From the NCBI GenBank assembly GCA_964371245.1, contig CAYJKP010000002.1:257469-321468 (forward strand): a stretch of 64,000 nucleotides of DNA, given 5' to 3'. This stretch comes from an uncultured Gammaproteobacteria bacterium. Its GTDB lineage: Bacteria; Patescibacteriota; Patescibacteriia; JAHIZJ01. Below, piece by piece: positions 30,625 to 40,555 of this stretch. Numbering within the stretch: position 1 is the stretch's first letter; each line of letters opens with the position of its first letter. The translations under genes and the position numbers were made by a program. The notes below the pieces were generated by a model that was not told the origin of the DNA, did not search any database, and saw only the letters and a program-made list of their open reading frames with translations.

Positions 30625-32187
30625 ATGCCTTCCTACGTCATCTATGCCAGAAAATCCACGGAGTCCGAAGACCGCCAGGTGCTTTCTATCGACTCCCAGA
30701 TCCGGGAGCTGCAATCGCAAACTGCTCGGCGCGGTCTTCGTGTTGCCGAAGTTCTGACGGAGTCGCATTCCGCGAAGGCCCCCGGGCGTCCGGTATTTGG
30801 GGCACTCATGCGGCGCGTCCGGCGCGGCGAGATTCGTGGGATCGTCTGCTGGAAGATGGATCGGCTGGCGCGCAATCACCTCGATACCGGGTCGATTCTC
30901 CAGGCACTTGCCGACGGCCAGTTACAGGAGGTCATCACTTCCGATCGCACCTATACCCGAGACGGCAATGACCGGTTCATGGGTTCCTTCGAGTTCGGCA
31001 TGGCGACGAAATTCATCGATGACCTGCGAGCGAACGTCCGGCGGGGCAACCGGGCGCGGTTTCGACGTGGATGGCCAAACTATGTGCCGCCACTCGGTTA
31101 TCTAAATGACAAGGCCACCAAGACGATCATCAAGGATCCGAAACGCTTCGACCTCGTCCGAAGAATGTGGGAGCTACTTCTGACCGGTGCCTACCGCCCG
31201 GATCAGATCTTGGGAATCGCCAACGAGAAGTGGGGATTCCGGACGCGCAAGTTCAAGCGCTACGGCGATTGTCCCCTTCCGCGAAAGATACTCTATCGCA
31301 TATTTGGAAATCCGTTTTACATGGGGCTCATCCGCCTGCGGTCCGGCGAGACGTTCGCTGGTGCCTTTCCTCCGATGGTTAGCCGCCAGGAGTTCGACCG
31401 CGCTCAGGAAATCCTTGGCCGTGCTGGGCGGCCCCGTCCCAAGCGCCATGAGTTTCCCTACACCGGGATCATCCGATGCGGCGGCTGTGGCGGCGCGATC
31501 ACAGGTGAAGAACACTACAAGAGTTCCGGCAGACGCTACGCCTACTACCACTGCTCACGCCGACGGGTCGGAACCGACTGCCACGAACCCTCGGTCTCCG
31601 AGCGGGACCTTGAAGCCCAGATCCTCCACGTCTTGGAACGGCTCACAATTCCGGAACGCGTCATCACTTGGATCCTGAAGCAAGTCACGCAATCCTTCCA
31701 ACTCGAAGACGATCGTCGGCAGGAAGCCCAGCGATCTCTCGCGGACTCCCTTGCCTCCGTTCAGCGGGAGCAGGAGAACCTCGTCACAATGCGCCTTCGG
31801 GACATGGTCACCGACGACATCTATACGGCCCGGAAGCACGAGATCGACGAGCGCAGGGCGCGATTGGAGGCCCAAATCGCCGCGCCTCTCCGCTCGCCGG
31901 AGGAGATTCTTCAGTATACGAACACGACCTTCGCATTCGCTTCGAAGGCGGTTGATGTATTCCGCTCAGGAACGGGAGTTCAGCGGCGGATGATCTTGGA
32001 AGCCGTAGGTTTGAACTCGGAGCTGCGAGCCAGAAAACTGCTAATGCAACTGAAGAATCCGTTCCAGATGATCGCTGATGCAGGCTCTAGTAGCGACTGG
32101 TGCCCAGGGCGGGACTTGAACCCGCACCCGCTTTCGCGGCTAGGCCCTCAACCTAGTGTGTATGCCAATTCCACCACCTGGGCGTAG
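30625..32187 (+). CDS. Large serine recombinase (island integrase); C-terminus read from antisense tRNA
   Basis: YARKSTE catalytic Ser, DRLARN, CGGCG/YYHC zinc ribbon; ends SDW-CPGRDLNPHP from the tRNA reverse strand. Confidence 0.93.
   Translation: MPSYVIYARKSTESEDRQVLSIDSQIRELQSQTARRGLRVAEVLTESHSAKAPGRPVFGALMRRVRRGEIRGIVCWKMDRLARNHLDTGSILQALADGQLQEVITSDRTYTRDGNDRFMGSFEFGMATKFIDDLRANVRRGNRARFRRGWPNYVPPLGYLNDKATKTIIKDPKRFDLVRRMWELLLTGAYRPDQILGIANEKWGFRTRKFKRYGDCPLPRKILYRIFGNPFYMGLIRLRSGETFAGAFPPMVSRQEFDRAQEILGRAGRPRPKRHEFPYTGIIRCGGCGGAITGEEHYKSSGRRYAYYHCSRRRVGTDCHEPSVSERDLEAQILHVLERLTIPERVITWILKQVTQSFQLEDDRRQEAQRSLADSLASVQREQENLVTMRLRDMVTDDIYTARKHEIDERRARLEAQIAAPLRSPEEILQYTNTTFAFASKAVDVFRSGTGVQRRMILEAVGLNSELRARKLLMQLKNPFQMIADAGSSSDWCPGRDLNPHPLSRLGPQPSVYANSTTWA
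32098..32183 (-). tRNA. tRNA-Leu(GAG), integration target
   Basis: Anticodon arm CTAGG-TTGAGGG-CCTAG, long variable arm, encoded CCA. Confidence 0.96.
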
Positions 32188-32199
32188 TTATCAAAGGCC

Positions 32200-32565
32200 T
32201 TACGGCTTGCGTTTTGCCTTTTTCGGCTCCACCACATCTTTCAACGGCCGGGCTTTCTTGTCCCGCAAATAATACAGCTTGGCGCGCCGCACTTTGCCTT
32301 GTTTCACAGCTTCGATCTTGGCGATCTGCGGCGAGTGCAACGGGAATATGCGTTCAACTCCAATGCCTTCGGAAATCTTGCGCACGATCATGGTTGCGTT
32401 TAACCCTGCCCCGCCGTGCCGGGCGATAATTAACCCCTCAAAAACCTGAATCCGTTCCTTGTCCCCCTCTTTCACTTTTTGGTGCACGCGCACGGTCAGG
32501 CCCGGTTTTAAATCCGGCAGATCGGTCTTGCGTTTTTGTTGCTCCTGCTCTTTAATAACGTCCAT
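32200..32565 (-). CDS. rplS: 50S ribosomal protein L19
   Basis: [30 protein letters not shown]. Confidence 0.97.
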   Translation of the reverse strand: MDVIKEQEQQKRKTDLPDLKPGLTVRVHQKVKEGDKERIQVFEGLIIARHGGAGLNATMIVRKISEGIGVERIFPLHSPQIAKIEAVKQGKVRRAKLYYLRDKKARPLKDVVEPKKAKRKP

Positions 32566-32621
32566 ACAAAAAATAACCAATAATTAGACTAAAATTAATA
32601 TACGCTATCCGGCTGAATCAG

Positions 32622-33554
32622 TCAACCGTCCCTCAGCTCACTCAGCGCGTCTGAAAATGGCTTAGGTAAGGGCAGAGAATACTCTTTTTTTCGGCCCGCC
32701 GGATCGGTAAATAACAGGTAGTCGGCGCACAAAAACAGCCAATCCCAGTGCCGCGTGTTAATAAAACGCTTTATTTGATAGAGCGTGTCGCCGACAAGCG
32801 GATGGCCGATACCATGAAAATGCGCCCGGATCTGATGCGTTCGCCCGGTAAAGGTCGTTACCCGAACAAAGGTGTGATTCGGAAAGCGCTCGAGCACTTC
32901 ATATTCTGTTTTGGCCCATTTTGCTTCATCCGATGGGCGACCGCTTTCCGGCACGCTGACCATTTTGCCATCCTTTGATCGCTGAAGTGGAAAGGTTATT
33001 TCACCGGTCGCCGGCAAGTCAGCGCCGTAGACGAGAGCGGAATATTTTTTCGAGACGGCATGCGTTTGAAACTGTTTTTTGAAATATTCAAACGCTGGCT
33101 GAGTGAGCGCGACAATCATTAAACCAGCCACCTCTTTGTCGAGACGATGAACGATGCCCGGTCGGACCAGATCGTCACCAACTTGGGCGATGCTAGGATA
33201 TTTGGCCAGTAGCCCATTCACCAGCGTACCGCGCTTCGTCCCTTCCGACGGATGGACGACTAAACCAGCAGGTTTATTAATTACCAGGTAGTCCGGCGTG
33301 GCCTCAAGCGTTTGCCAATCAATTGCGGCATCCGGCGTCAACTCGATCTCGGCTGGCGGCTCAAGCGTTCCCGCGATCGTGTCGCCCTCACGCAGACGAT
33401 AATGCGCTGTTACCGTCCGTCCGTTTACGCTAATTCGCCCTTGGGTAATGTGTTTCTGTATAACCGCTCGGCTGAATTCCGGGTACTGCGCGTGCAGAAA
33501 GACATCAAGACGCTGACCGCCTGGTGGCGCGACGATGTGTATTCTTTTTTCCAT
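32622..33554 (-). CDS. rluD: RluA/RluD-family pseudouridine synthase
   Basis: S4 domain, NKPAGLVVHP, HRLDK, TGRTHQIRAH. Confidence 0.9.
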   Translation of the reverse strand: MEKRIHIVAPPGGQRLDVFLHAQYPEFSRAVIQKHITQGRISVNGRTVTAHYRLREGDTIAGTLEPPAEIELTPDAAIDWQTLEATPDYLVINKPAGLVVHPSEGTKRGTLVNGLLAKYPSIAQVGDDLVRPGIVHRLDKEVAGLMIVALTQPAFEYFKKQFQTHAVSKKYSALVYGADLPATGEITFPLQRSKDGKMVSVPESGRPSDEAKWAKTEYEVLERFPNHTFVRVTTFTGRTHQIRAHFHGIGHPLVGDTLYQIKRFINTRHWDWLFLCADYLLFTDPAGRKKEYSLPLPKPFSDALSELRDG

Positions 33555-35007
33555 AGTATCGTTTCAGAAAAGACAAAGCTTGCTTTTTCGACCGAATCAC
33601 TTTTTTTAGCTGGGCTGCCCGCAGGCGGGCGAGGATTTGGCCAACGCGCGGGCCGGGCGTCAGCTGAAGCGCTTTGATAACCTCGTCGCCATTGAGAAGG
33701 CGTACTGGCTGGTGCGTTTTTTTCGTGTAGCCGATCTTTTTTATTTCCTCGATTACCTCAACCAAGTCGTAAAAATTTCCCAGGGACGGCTGATTGTCCA
33801 CTGTTCGGCTAGCAAAGCGATCAGCCCAGATAAGCTGCAATAGTTTCGTTCCGCGATCCGGCGTTAAAAAATATTTTTCGATCGTTGCTGGCCGAAACTG
33901 CGACGGCGGCGTGTGCAAAACCAGTAAATGGTGACGAATCAGCCAGGCGACCCGTTCGCCGTCGACCAGGCCATCATAGCTCGACAAGCGCAAACGCTCG
34001 CAGATGTCCTGCGCCAGCCGACTGCCAACAAGTTCGTGACCATAGAACGAAAGCTTTCCGCCGGGTAAGCGACGGAAAGTGTAAGCCTTGCCAAGATCAT
34101 GGAAAAGCGTCGTCAGAATGAGTTCAAGGTCTGGCCGTATTTTCGGAAACTGACGGCGGAATTGGCTGGAAAACAGGGCTTCAACCGCTAACCGCGTGTG
34201 CGTCCAGACATCGCCCTCGGCTTGATAGTTCGGTCCTTGCGGACAACCTTTGAGGTGGATGATCTCGGGCATGAGGACACGAAAAACTCCGGCCAGGTCG
34301 AATATATCGATCGTGTGAAGCGGATCGGCGGTAAACGCTTTCCCGATTTCTCGGGCAATGGCCTCGCGAGGCAACTTCGTGCTATTTAAAAAGCCGATCA
34401 TCTTTTTAATAGCTCGCCAGGTTTTATTTTCAAATCTGAAGTTCAATTGAATGGCGAACCGGAGACCGCGGAGAATTCGTGAATAATCCTCGCTCAGACG
34501 CTGTTCCGCCTGCCCAACCGCCCGGATTGTTCGGCTGGCGATATCAGAACTTCCGCCCACCGGATCAATTAGCTTTTTGTTTCGAATATCCCAGGCCAGC
34601 GCATTAATCGTATAATCGCGCCGTTTCAAATCGTGCTCAATCGGCAAGCGGTAGTCCGGTTTGACGGCAAACTCGCGATACCCGCCGGAAAAATAGAGCG
34701 AGTGCTCGGTGCGCGGCAAGGCAATGTCAATCGAATCCGACGCAGACGCCCCCTTTGGTTGGAACTTATAAACCCCGAACGTTTTGCCGACAAGATCAAC
34801 CCGGCCGTGCTGTCGTAAAAACTTTTCCAAAATCGCTGGCTGAATTCCGCGAATGACAAAATCGAAATCTTTTGAACCGCGGCCCAGGATGATATCGCGC
34901 ACCATGCCGCCAACTAAATACGCTTCAGACCGACGGTATCTTTTTAGCAGTGCCGACAGAAAAACTAGGTCTTGGTTTTTATCGAGTTGATGTTGTATCT
35001 CGTGCAT
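33505..35007 (-). CDS. cca: CCA-adding tRNA nucleotidyltransferase with HD domain
   Basis: LVGG.VRD, DFD, RRDYTINA, EDY.RILR, HDLGK. Confidence 0.85.
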   Translation of the reverse strand: MHEIQHQLDKNQDLVFLSALLKRYRRSEAYLVGGMVRDIILGRGSKDFDFVIRGIQPAILEKFLRQHGRVDLVGKTFGVYKFQPKGASASDSIDIALPRTEHSLYFSGGYREFAVKPDYRLPIEHDLKRRDYTINALAWDIRNKKLIDPVGGSSDIASRTIRAVGQAEQRLSEDYSRILRGLRFAIQLNFRFENKTWRAIKKMIGFLNSTKLPREAIAREIGKAFTADPLHTIDIFDLAGVFRVLMPEIIHLKGCPQGPNYQAEGDVWTHTRLAVEALFSSQFRRQFPKIRPDLELILTTLFHDLGKAYTFRRLPGGKLSFYGHELVGSRLAQDICERLRLSSYDGLVDGERVAWLIRHHLLVLHTPPSQFRPATIEKYFLTPDRGTKLLQLIWADRFASRTVDNQPSLGNFYDLVEVIEEIKKIGYTKKTHQPVRLLNGDEVIKALQLTPGPRVGQILARLRAAQLKKVIRSKKQALSFLKRYYGKKNTHRRATRRSAS

Positions 35008-35128
35008 ATAATCATTGTAACACACCTACCCACGAAACGCATTACCAGCTTTTTACTTACCTGGCAAATACGGTATACTATCAGTGGATTGGGTACTGGC
35101 TTTCTCTTAACGGATGAGGAGGGTAGCC

Positions 35129-35395
35129 ATGCCAAGTATTTCCAACCCTGGACTTCCGGCACAAGCCGAGGAACCGAAATTGCCGGAAAAACCGCCGACA
35201 TTGCCCCGGAGGATTTACATCGGTCCGACATCTGACAACTGGGTGGCAATTGTACGGTCACAGGGAGTTGATCCTTCGAAAGGCGAGGTCGCGAATGAGG
35301 CCGGTGGGTATTACTGGGAACTGCGTCCCGAGGAAATCACCGATCCCGATGAACGGGCGCAGGCAGAACGCGATCGCTCCGCGTGGAGCGGCTGA
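35129..35395 (+). CDS. Small hypothetical protein
   Basis: GAGGAGG SD before ATG; downstream hairpin. Confidence 0.55.
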   Translation: MPSISNPGLPAQAEEPKLPEKPPTLPRRIYIGPTSDNWVAIVRSQGVDPSKGEVANEAGGYYWELRPEEITDPDERAQAERDRSAWSG

Positions 35396-35572
35396 CTAGG
35401 ACGCCACGGCTCGCACCTTTGTTTCGTGTCCCGTTTCGAAAAACGGGATTTTTCTTTATAACAAAAACGCTCGCTACCGGTGTGTAGCGGGTTTCGTTAT
35501 TCTCCGCCGTTCGTTTTACCACTGATCCGATGACGTCGGATGGGCCGGTCAATTGTTTCCCGTATCTACTGA

Positions 35573-35774
35573 TGGGTTCGAGAGGAGTTGAATCCCCAAC
35601 CCAGTCGAGGACAGGCCCTCTGGCCTCCATCCCCCACTTTCCTGGTGCGCGTACCTGGACTCGAACCAGGGACCTTCACAATGTCAATGTGACGCTCTAA
35701 CCAGCTGAGCTATACGCGCGCACCAGGAAGACGGGGGATCAATGTGACGCCCTAACCAACTGAGCTACGAACCC
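35573..35774 (-). pseudogene. Split, decayed outer tRNA (5' half 35739-35774, 3' half 35573-35601) enclosing an intact tRNA-Val
   Basis: GGGTTCG-TA-GCTC-AGTTGGTTA-GGGC-G-TCACA-TTGA ... GGGGA-TTCAACT-CCTCT-CGAACCC-A-TCA; acceptor halves pair fully. Confidence 0.75.
35643..35719 (-). tRNA. tRNA-Val(GAC)
   Basis: Cloverleaf, anticodon arm TCACA-TTGACAT-TGTGA, encoded CCA. Confidence 0.96.
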
Positions 35775-35863
35775 ATCTGGACCAAAAGGCGCAGGATCAA
35801 TGGCAACGCTCGAATATACTTAATTATGAAATAGCATATCGACAGCTTCCGTATTCTTATCTG

Positions 35864-35913
35864 TGGTAGGTGCGGATGCCCCGGATCTGAGTCCGGGGGA
35901 CCCCTGCCTTATA
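35864..35913 (-). pseudogene. Degenerate duplicate of the tRNA-Ile 3' half
   Basis: GACCCCTGCCTTATA identical to 36014-36028; TGGTAGGTGCGGATG resembles TGGTGGGCATGGATG. Confidence 0.65.
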
Positions 35914-35985
35914 GCGACGCTTCTCATATTTTGTTAAATATTTGTAGCGTCGATATATCGATGACCTTCCTCTTTTATTTTCTCA

Positions 35986-36061
35986 TGGTGGGCATGGATG
36001 GATTTGAACCATCGACCCCTGCCTTATAAGGGCAGTGCTCTAACCACTGAGCTACATGCCC
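35986..36061 (-). tRNA. tRNA-Ile(TAT)
   Basis: Cloverleaf, anticodon arm CTGCC-CTTATAA-GGCAG, encoded CCA. Confidence 0.93.
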
Positions 36062-36144
36062 AGAAAAACGCACCGCGTTTCATACCGTACTTTTCGAAAA
36101 ACCAAAAACATAATCGTCTTGAGTAGACGCGCTATGCAAACACG

Positions 36145-37137
36145 CTACATCTTGGCCGCGTTCTTCGATCTTGTCAAGCCGCGAAATATACGAGTGAAAA
36201 ACCCGACCTGTTTACCCTGATCAAGTCGCAAGAAAAGAAGCACCCAGGCGCTTAGCTGGAAGCTTGAAATGCCGGAACCGACGACAATTAATATCATGAA
36301 TGAAATCGCCGTTAAGAGATAGATTAGCAGCACGCCCAGGCTCGGCAGCGCTCCTTGATTGAGGATCATCGTAAGCAGCAGGAATGGAACGGCAATAAGA
36401 ATAACCACAAACAGTAAAATCAGGCTGACGATAAAATTTATTAAGAATATAATGATTGCCATTTCTAGGCTCGTCACCCAATGCTTGGTAAAAAGCCTCC
36501 AACCCGAACGAATTGCCGTTGAGGCGTTTTGGTTGCGCGCCACGACATAGCAGGCGGCATACTTGGCGACGAACGAGAGAATTAAACTGACAAAAACTGA
36601 AATGATCACCAGGATCAGCGCGACGGTAGTTTTCAATGCGCCCAGTACCGCCAGCGAGGCAATTAAGCCAAACCCGATTAAGACAACATAATCAAAAACC
36701 TTGGCTAGCAGATAGATAAAGAAGTTAGGCCTGAAATTTTTCTGACCAACATGCATGCTCTCGTAAAAAAGATATGGTTTGTTGTTTTCAATCTGCATCG
36801 TCCCGTGGATTAGGCCGCCGGCCGACACCACTGTCAACCAAACAATAAACGCCCCGACCACCAGGACCATGAGAATAAAAAGGGCGGTACCGGCAGTTGT
36901 CTGCGTGATGGTGTCCCAGAGCGTGGCATACCCGCCGCCAAAACCGTTTTGAAACAGCGCGCGCCAGCTCTCGAGCGTCAAGGTCTTGTCTTGATACGTG
37001 TAAATATTGCGCAAGACGATCTCAATTTCCTGGCCAATAAACAACACAAAGAGGCCAAAAAACCAGAGCGACTTGTGATGCCAGATAGTTTGCCAGGCTT
37101 TTTTGAGAATTTCACTGTACAGTGAGTTCATAGACAC
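36145..37137 (-). CDS. Polytopic membrane protein
   Basis: Several TM helices; AWQ..W..K.LWFFG N-terminal motif. Confidence 0.75.
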   Translation of the reverse strand: MSMNSLYSEILKKAWQTIWHHKSLWFFGLFVLFIGQEIEIVLRNIYTYQDKTLTLESWRALFQNGFGGGYATLWDTITQTTAGTALFILMVLVVGAFIVWLTVVSAGGLIHGTMQIENNKPYLFYESMHVGQKNFRPNFFIYLLAKVFDYVVLIGFGLIASLAVLGALKTTVALILVIISVFVSLILSFVAKYAACYVVARNQNASTAIRSGWRLFTKHWVTSLEMAIIIFLINFIVSLILLFVVILIAVPFLLLTMILNQGALPSLGVLLIYLLTAISFMILIVVGSGISSFQLSAWVLLFLRLDQGKQVGFFTRIFRGLTRSKNAAKM

Positions 37138-37184
37138 CTCCGTTATATTTCCTGATCGCTACCCGGGCGTGTCAGGAAAGGTAA

Positions 37185-39014
37185 TTATGTTGTGGCTGGC
37201 TGGGGTTGAAATAGCGCCTGGAATTCGTCTTGTTCCAGCGTTTCTTTCGTGATCAGCAGGTCAGCAATCTCTTTTAATTTCGGCTTCATCGTTACCAACA
37301 TTTTTTTCGCTTTCACGTAGCACTGTTTAATAATCTTTAAGACTTCCTGATCGATCAATGACGCCGTCGCGTCGCTATAATCACGCTGTTCGTGGATCTC
37401 GCGACCAAGAAAGATCATTTCCTCGTGCTCCCCGTATGTCCGTGGGCCGAGGGCATCGCTCATGCCATACTGCGTCACGAGCCTCCGCGCCAGGCGCGTC
37501 GCCTCTTTCAAATCATTGCTCGCACCGGTCGTGACCTCTTTATACGTGAGCTGCTCGGACGCGTGCCCCGCGAGTAGCACGGTGATTTCATCAACAAAAT
37601 AGGTCCGACTATGCATATGCCGGTCTTCGCTGGGTAATTTCAAGGTATAGCCGGCGGCAGCGCCGCGGGCGATAATCGAGACCTTGCGTACCGGGTCGGC
37701 GTTCGGCAGTAGGTGGGCAATGAGCGCGTGACCAGCTTCATGGTAGGCGGCAATCTTTTTTTCCTGTTCATTAAGGATGTGGCTTTTTCGTTCCGGACCG
37801 AGCATTACCTTATCAATGCTTTCCAGACACTCTTTCATGCCAACCTTCTTCAGATTTCGACGCGCCGTAAGAATAGCCGCTTCATTGAGCAGGTTCGCGA
37901 GATCAGCCCCGGAAAATCCCGGTGTGCGCACAGCTAAGGTGCGCAAGTCAACATCGCTGGCCAACGGTTTGCCGACGGCATGCACCTTGAAGATCGCTTC
38001 ACGATCATTCACGTCTGGCAAATCGAGTACCACCCGGCGATCAAACCGACCCGGCCGGAGCAGCGCCGGATCGAGAACGTCCGGCCGATTGGTGGCGGCG
38101 ATGACAATAACATTCGTATCAGTATCAAAGCCGTCCATTTCAACAAGAATTTGGTTGAGGGTCTGTTCGCGTTCGTCGTGCGAACCGCCCAAGCCCGAAC
38201 CGCGCTGGCGGCCGACAGCGTCGATCTCATCGATGAAAACGATGCAGGGCGCAGATTGCTTCGCCCGGCGGAAAAGATCCCGCACGCGCGAGGCGCCGAC
38301 GCCGACAAACATTTCGACGAATTCCGAGCCCGAAATATGAAAGAATGGCGCATTCGCTTCACCGGCCACCGCCCGGGCTAACAGTGTTTTTCCGGTACCG
38401 GGCGGACCGACTAAGAGAACGCCTTTTGGAATTTTTGCTCCGAGCGAAAGAAAGCGGCGCGGAGACTGCAAAAATTCAACCACTTCCAATAGCTCTTCTT
38501 TAGCTTCTTTCACGCCAGCCACTTCTTTGAACGTAATTTTGTCGCGCGCCTGGGGCTGGTTTTCCCGGGCCCGGCTTTGGCCAAACATGAGCGCGCGATT
38601 GTTCTGTCCCTGGACCTGGCGCATCATAAACCAGATAAAACCACCAATGACTAAAAACGGCAGCAAAACATACAACACAATGTTTAACCAAAACGAGCTG
38701 CTGGAGCTGTTGGTGATATCAACATTCAAGGCGCGTATTTTTTCGGGTGTGACACCATAATTATTTAGCAGATCACCCAATGACTGCCCGGTTTCCTTAT
38801 ACGCCACCGCTTTCGTGTTGTCGTTTAAGACGATATTCAGTTTATTGTTATCAACAACAACCTGCTTTACTTGTCCCTTGTCGACTTGATCCACAAACTG
38901 ATTGATTGTCTCCGTGTTGACCTTCTGCGTCGAAGACTGGTACAGACTAAAGACGCCTCCGACCACGAGAAACAGTATGATGAAGAAGAGAAAATTTTTG
39001 AATGCTTTGCCCAT
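37185..39014 (-). CDS. ftsH: ATP-dependent zinc metalloprotease FtsH
   Basis: Two [28 protein letters not shown]. Confidence 0.98.
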   Translation of the reverse strand: MGKAFKNFLFFIILFLVVGGVFSLYQSSTQKVNTETINQFVDQVDKGQVKQVVVDNNKLNIVLNDNTKAVAYKETGQSLGDLLNNYGVTPEKIRALNVDITNSSSSSFWLNIVLYVLLPFLVIGGFIWFMMRQVQGQNNRALMFGQSRARENQPQARDKITFKEVAGVKEAKEELLEVVEFLQSPRRFLSLGAKIPKGVLLVGPPGTGKTLLARAVAGEANAPFFHISGSEFVEMFVGVGASRVRDLFRRAKQSAPCIVFIDEIDAVGRQRGSGLGGSHDEREQTLNQILVEMDGFDTDTNVIVIAATNRPDVLDPALLRPGRFDRRVVLDLPDVNDREAIFKVHAVGKPLASDVDLRTLAVRTPGFSGADLANLLNEAAILTARRNLKKVGMKECLESIDKVMLGPERKSHILNEQEKKIAAYHEAGHALIAHLLPNADPVRKVSIIARGAAAGYTLKLPSEDRHMHSRTYFVDEITVLLAGHASEQLTYKEVTTGASNDLKEATRLARRLVTQYGMSDALGPRTYGEHEEMIFLGREIHEQRDYSDATASLIDQEVLKIIKQCYVKAKKMLVTMKPKLKEIADLLITKETLEQDEFQALFQPQPATT

Positions 39015-39163
39015 ATAGTGAAGTAAGGTTAGATTGCTAACGCGTGTATTATACAGAATTTAGCGGGTTTTGACAAACGGTCTGTCCGCCCTCTTTGTGG
39101 ACGCAGACAGAGCACAACAGGAAAAGAGTCCTCCGCCACAATTTCGTTGCATTATTGCGTCGG

Positions 39164-40420
39164 TTATTCCGGTTTTTTCTCGGCGGCGTCAGGGACCACT
39201 GGGTCTGGCGGTGGCGTTTCAACCGCCGGATTTTCTGAAGTTTCGGCTGGCGCGCCTTCCTCTGGAGTCGCTTCTTTCGCCGGTTCGGCCGGCGGTGTCG
39301 GTTTCTTTTCGAGCGCTTTGAGCGAGAGGCCAAGCCGATGGTTATCGGGTTCGATCGATAAAATCTTAAACTTTCTCGTTTCGCCGACTTTCACGATTTC
39401 GCCCGGGTGACGGACGAGCTTATAGGATAGCTCTGAGATATGCGCTAAGCCATGGATGTCCTGGTCCAGCTCGACAAAAACGCCGAAGGGGTTCAGTTTG
39501 AGGACCTTGCCGGTGACTGCTTGTCCGACTTTGTATTTCTCGAGTGCCAGGCTCCACGGATCGCGCATGAGCTGTTTTATACTCAGGGATATTCGCGAGT
39601 GTTCCAAGCTGATGATTCGCGCTTTTACCGTTTCTCCGACCCTGACGATGTCCCGTGGATCGTCGATGCGCTGCCAGGCGAGCTCGGAAATATGCACCAA
39701 GCCCTCAAGCCCGTCGCCAAACTCGACAAAGGCGCCGAAATCAACCACCCCGGTAATTTTTCCTTCGACAATGTCGCCGACCTTATACTTTTTCAGCTTC
39801 TCGACGTGCTGTTCTTCCCAGGCCATCTTTTCTGATACAATCAGCTTCTCTTCGGCCTCGTCAACGTCGATCACTTTCACCTTAAACGTCTGGCTCATGA
39901 AGCTCATCAAGCGTTCGAGGATTTTTTCTTTATCGCCGCCCTCGACCCGAGGATAGTGTTCAACTGTCAATTGGGAGACTGGCAAAAATCCGCCGACCCG
40001 GCCGACCTTGACCATTAAGCCCCCGCGATTCGCTTCAGTGATGACAACGTCGACCACCGTTCCTTCGGCTTTCAAATCCATCAGGTGATCCCAGGCTTTT
40101 TTGTGCCCGGCTTGCCGGAACGATAATTCCATGACCCCTTTTTCATTTTCCAGATCGACTACGGTTGCCTGAACCGTATCGCCGACCTTCAGATCGGTGT
40201 ATTCGCCCGATTCGTCGAAAAGCTCGCGGCCGCGGACAATTCCGCTCGACAATCCGCCCAGATCGACGTGGACTTCGTTTTTTGAAACGCTAAGAATCGT
40301 TCCTTCAATAATGTCGCCAACTTTCGGAATGTGAAAAAGACCCTGCTCGTTAAGGAGTTTTTCCATCTCCCCCGACCCGGTCTTTGGTGTATCGATTGGC
40401 TCGTTTTTTGATGTTTTCAT
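39164..40420 (-). CDS. rpsA: 30S ribosomal protein S1 (four S1 domains)
   Basis: Repeated FGAFV...GLVHISEL S1 motifs. Confidence 0.93.
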   Translation of the reverse strand: MKTSKNEPIDTPKTGSGEMEKLLNEQGLFHIPKVGDIIEGTILSVSKNEVHVDLGGLSSGIVRGRELFDESGEYTDLKVGDTVQATVVDLENEKGVMELSFRQAGHKKAWDHLMDLKAEGTVVDVVITEANRGGLMVKVGRVGGFLPVSQLTVEHYPRVEGGDKEKILERLMSFMSQTFKVKVIDVDEAEEKLIVSEKMAWEEQHVEKLKKYKVGDIVEGKITGVVDFGAFVEFGDGLEGLVHISELAWQRIDDPRDIVRVGETVKARIISLEHSRISLSIKQLMRDPWSLALEKYKVGQAVTGKVLKLNPFGVFVELDQDIHGLAHISELSYKLVRHPGEIVKVGETRKFKILSIEPDNHRLGLSLKALEKKPTPPAEPAKEATPEEGAPAETSENPAVETPPPDPVVPDAAEKKPE

Positions 40421-40520
40421 AGATTTTTCTTAATAATTATGCAACAAAAAAAGGCAGGTATTACTGATTATAGACAATATTTTCTTTCCTGGCAAGAGGA
40501 AGGCAATGGCACGGTATTAA

Positions 40521-40549
40521 TTGACAAATACCGATATTCATGGTATTAT
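40521..40549 (+). promoter_or_regulatory. Sigma70 promoter
   Basis: TTGACA-17-TATTAT, 6 nt before ATG at 40556. Confidence 0.7.
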
Positions 40550-40555
40550 ATAGGT

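Noticed and set aside
35739-35774. Functional intron-containing tRNA-Ile(GAT)
   Set aside because: The 3' strand of the anticodon stem is missing, the T-stem has an A-C mismatch and CCA reads TCA; treated as a decayed tRNA
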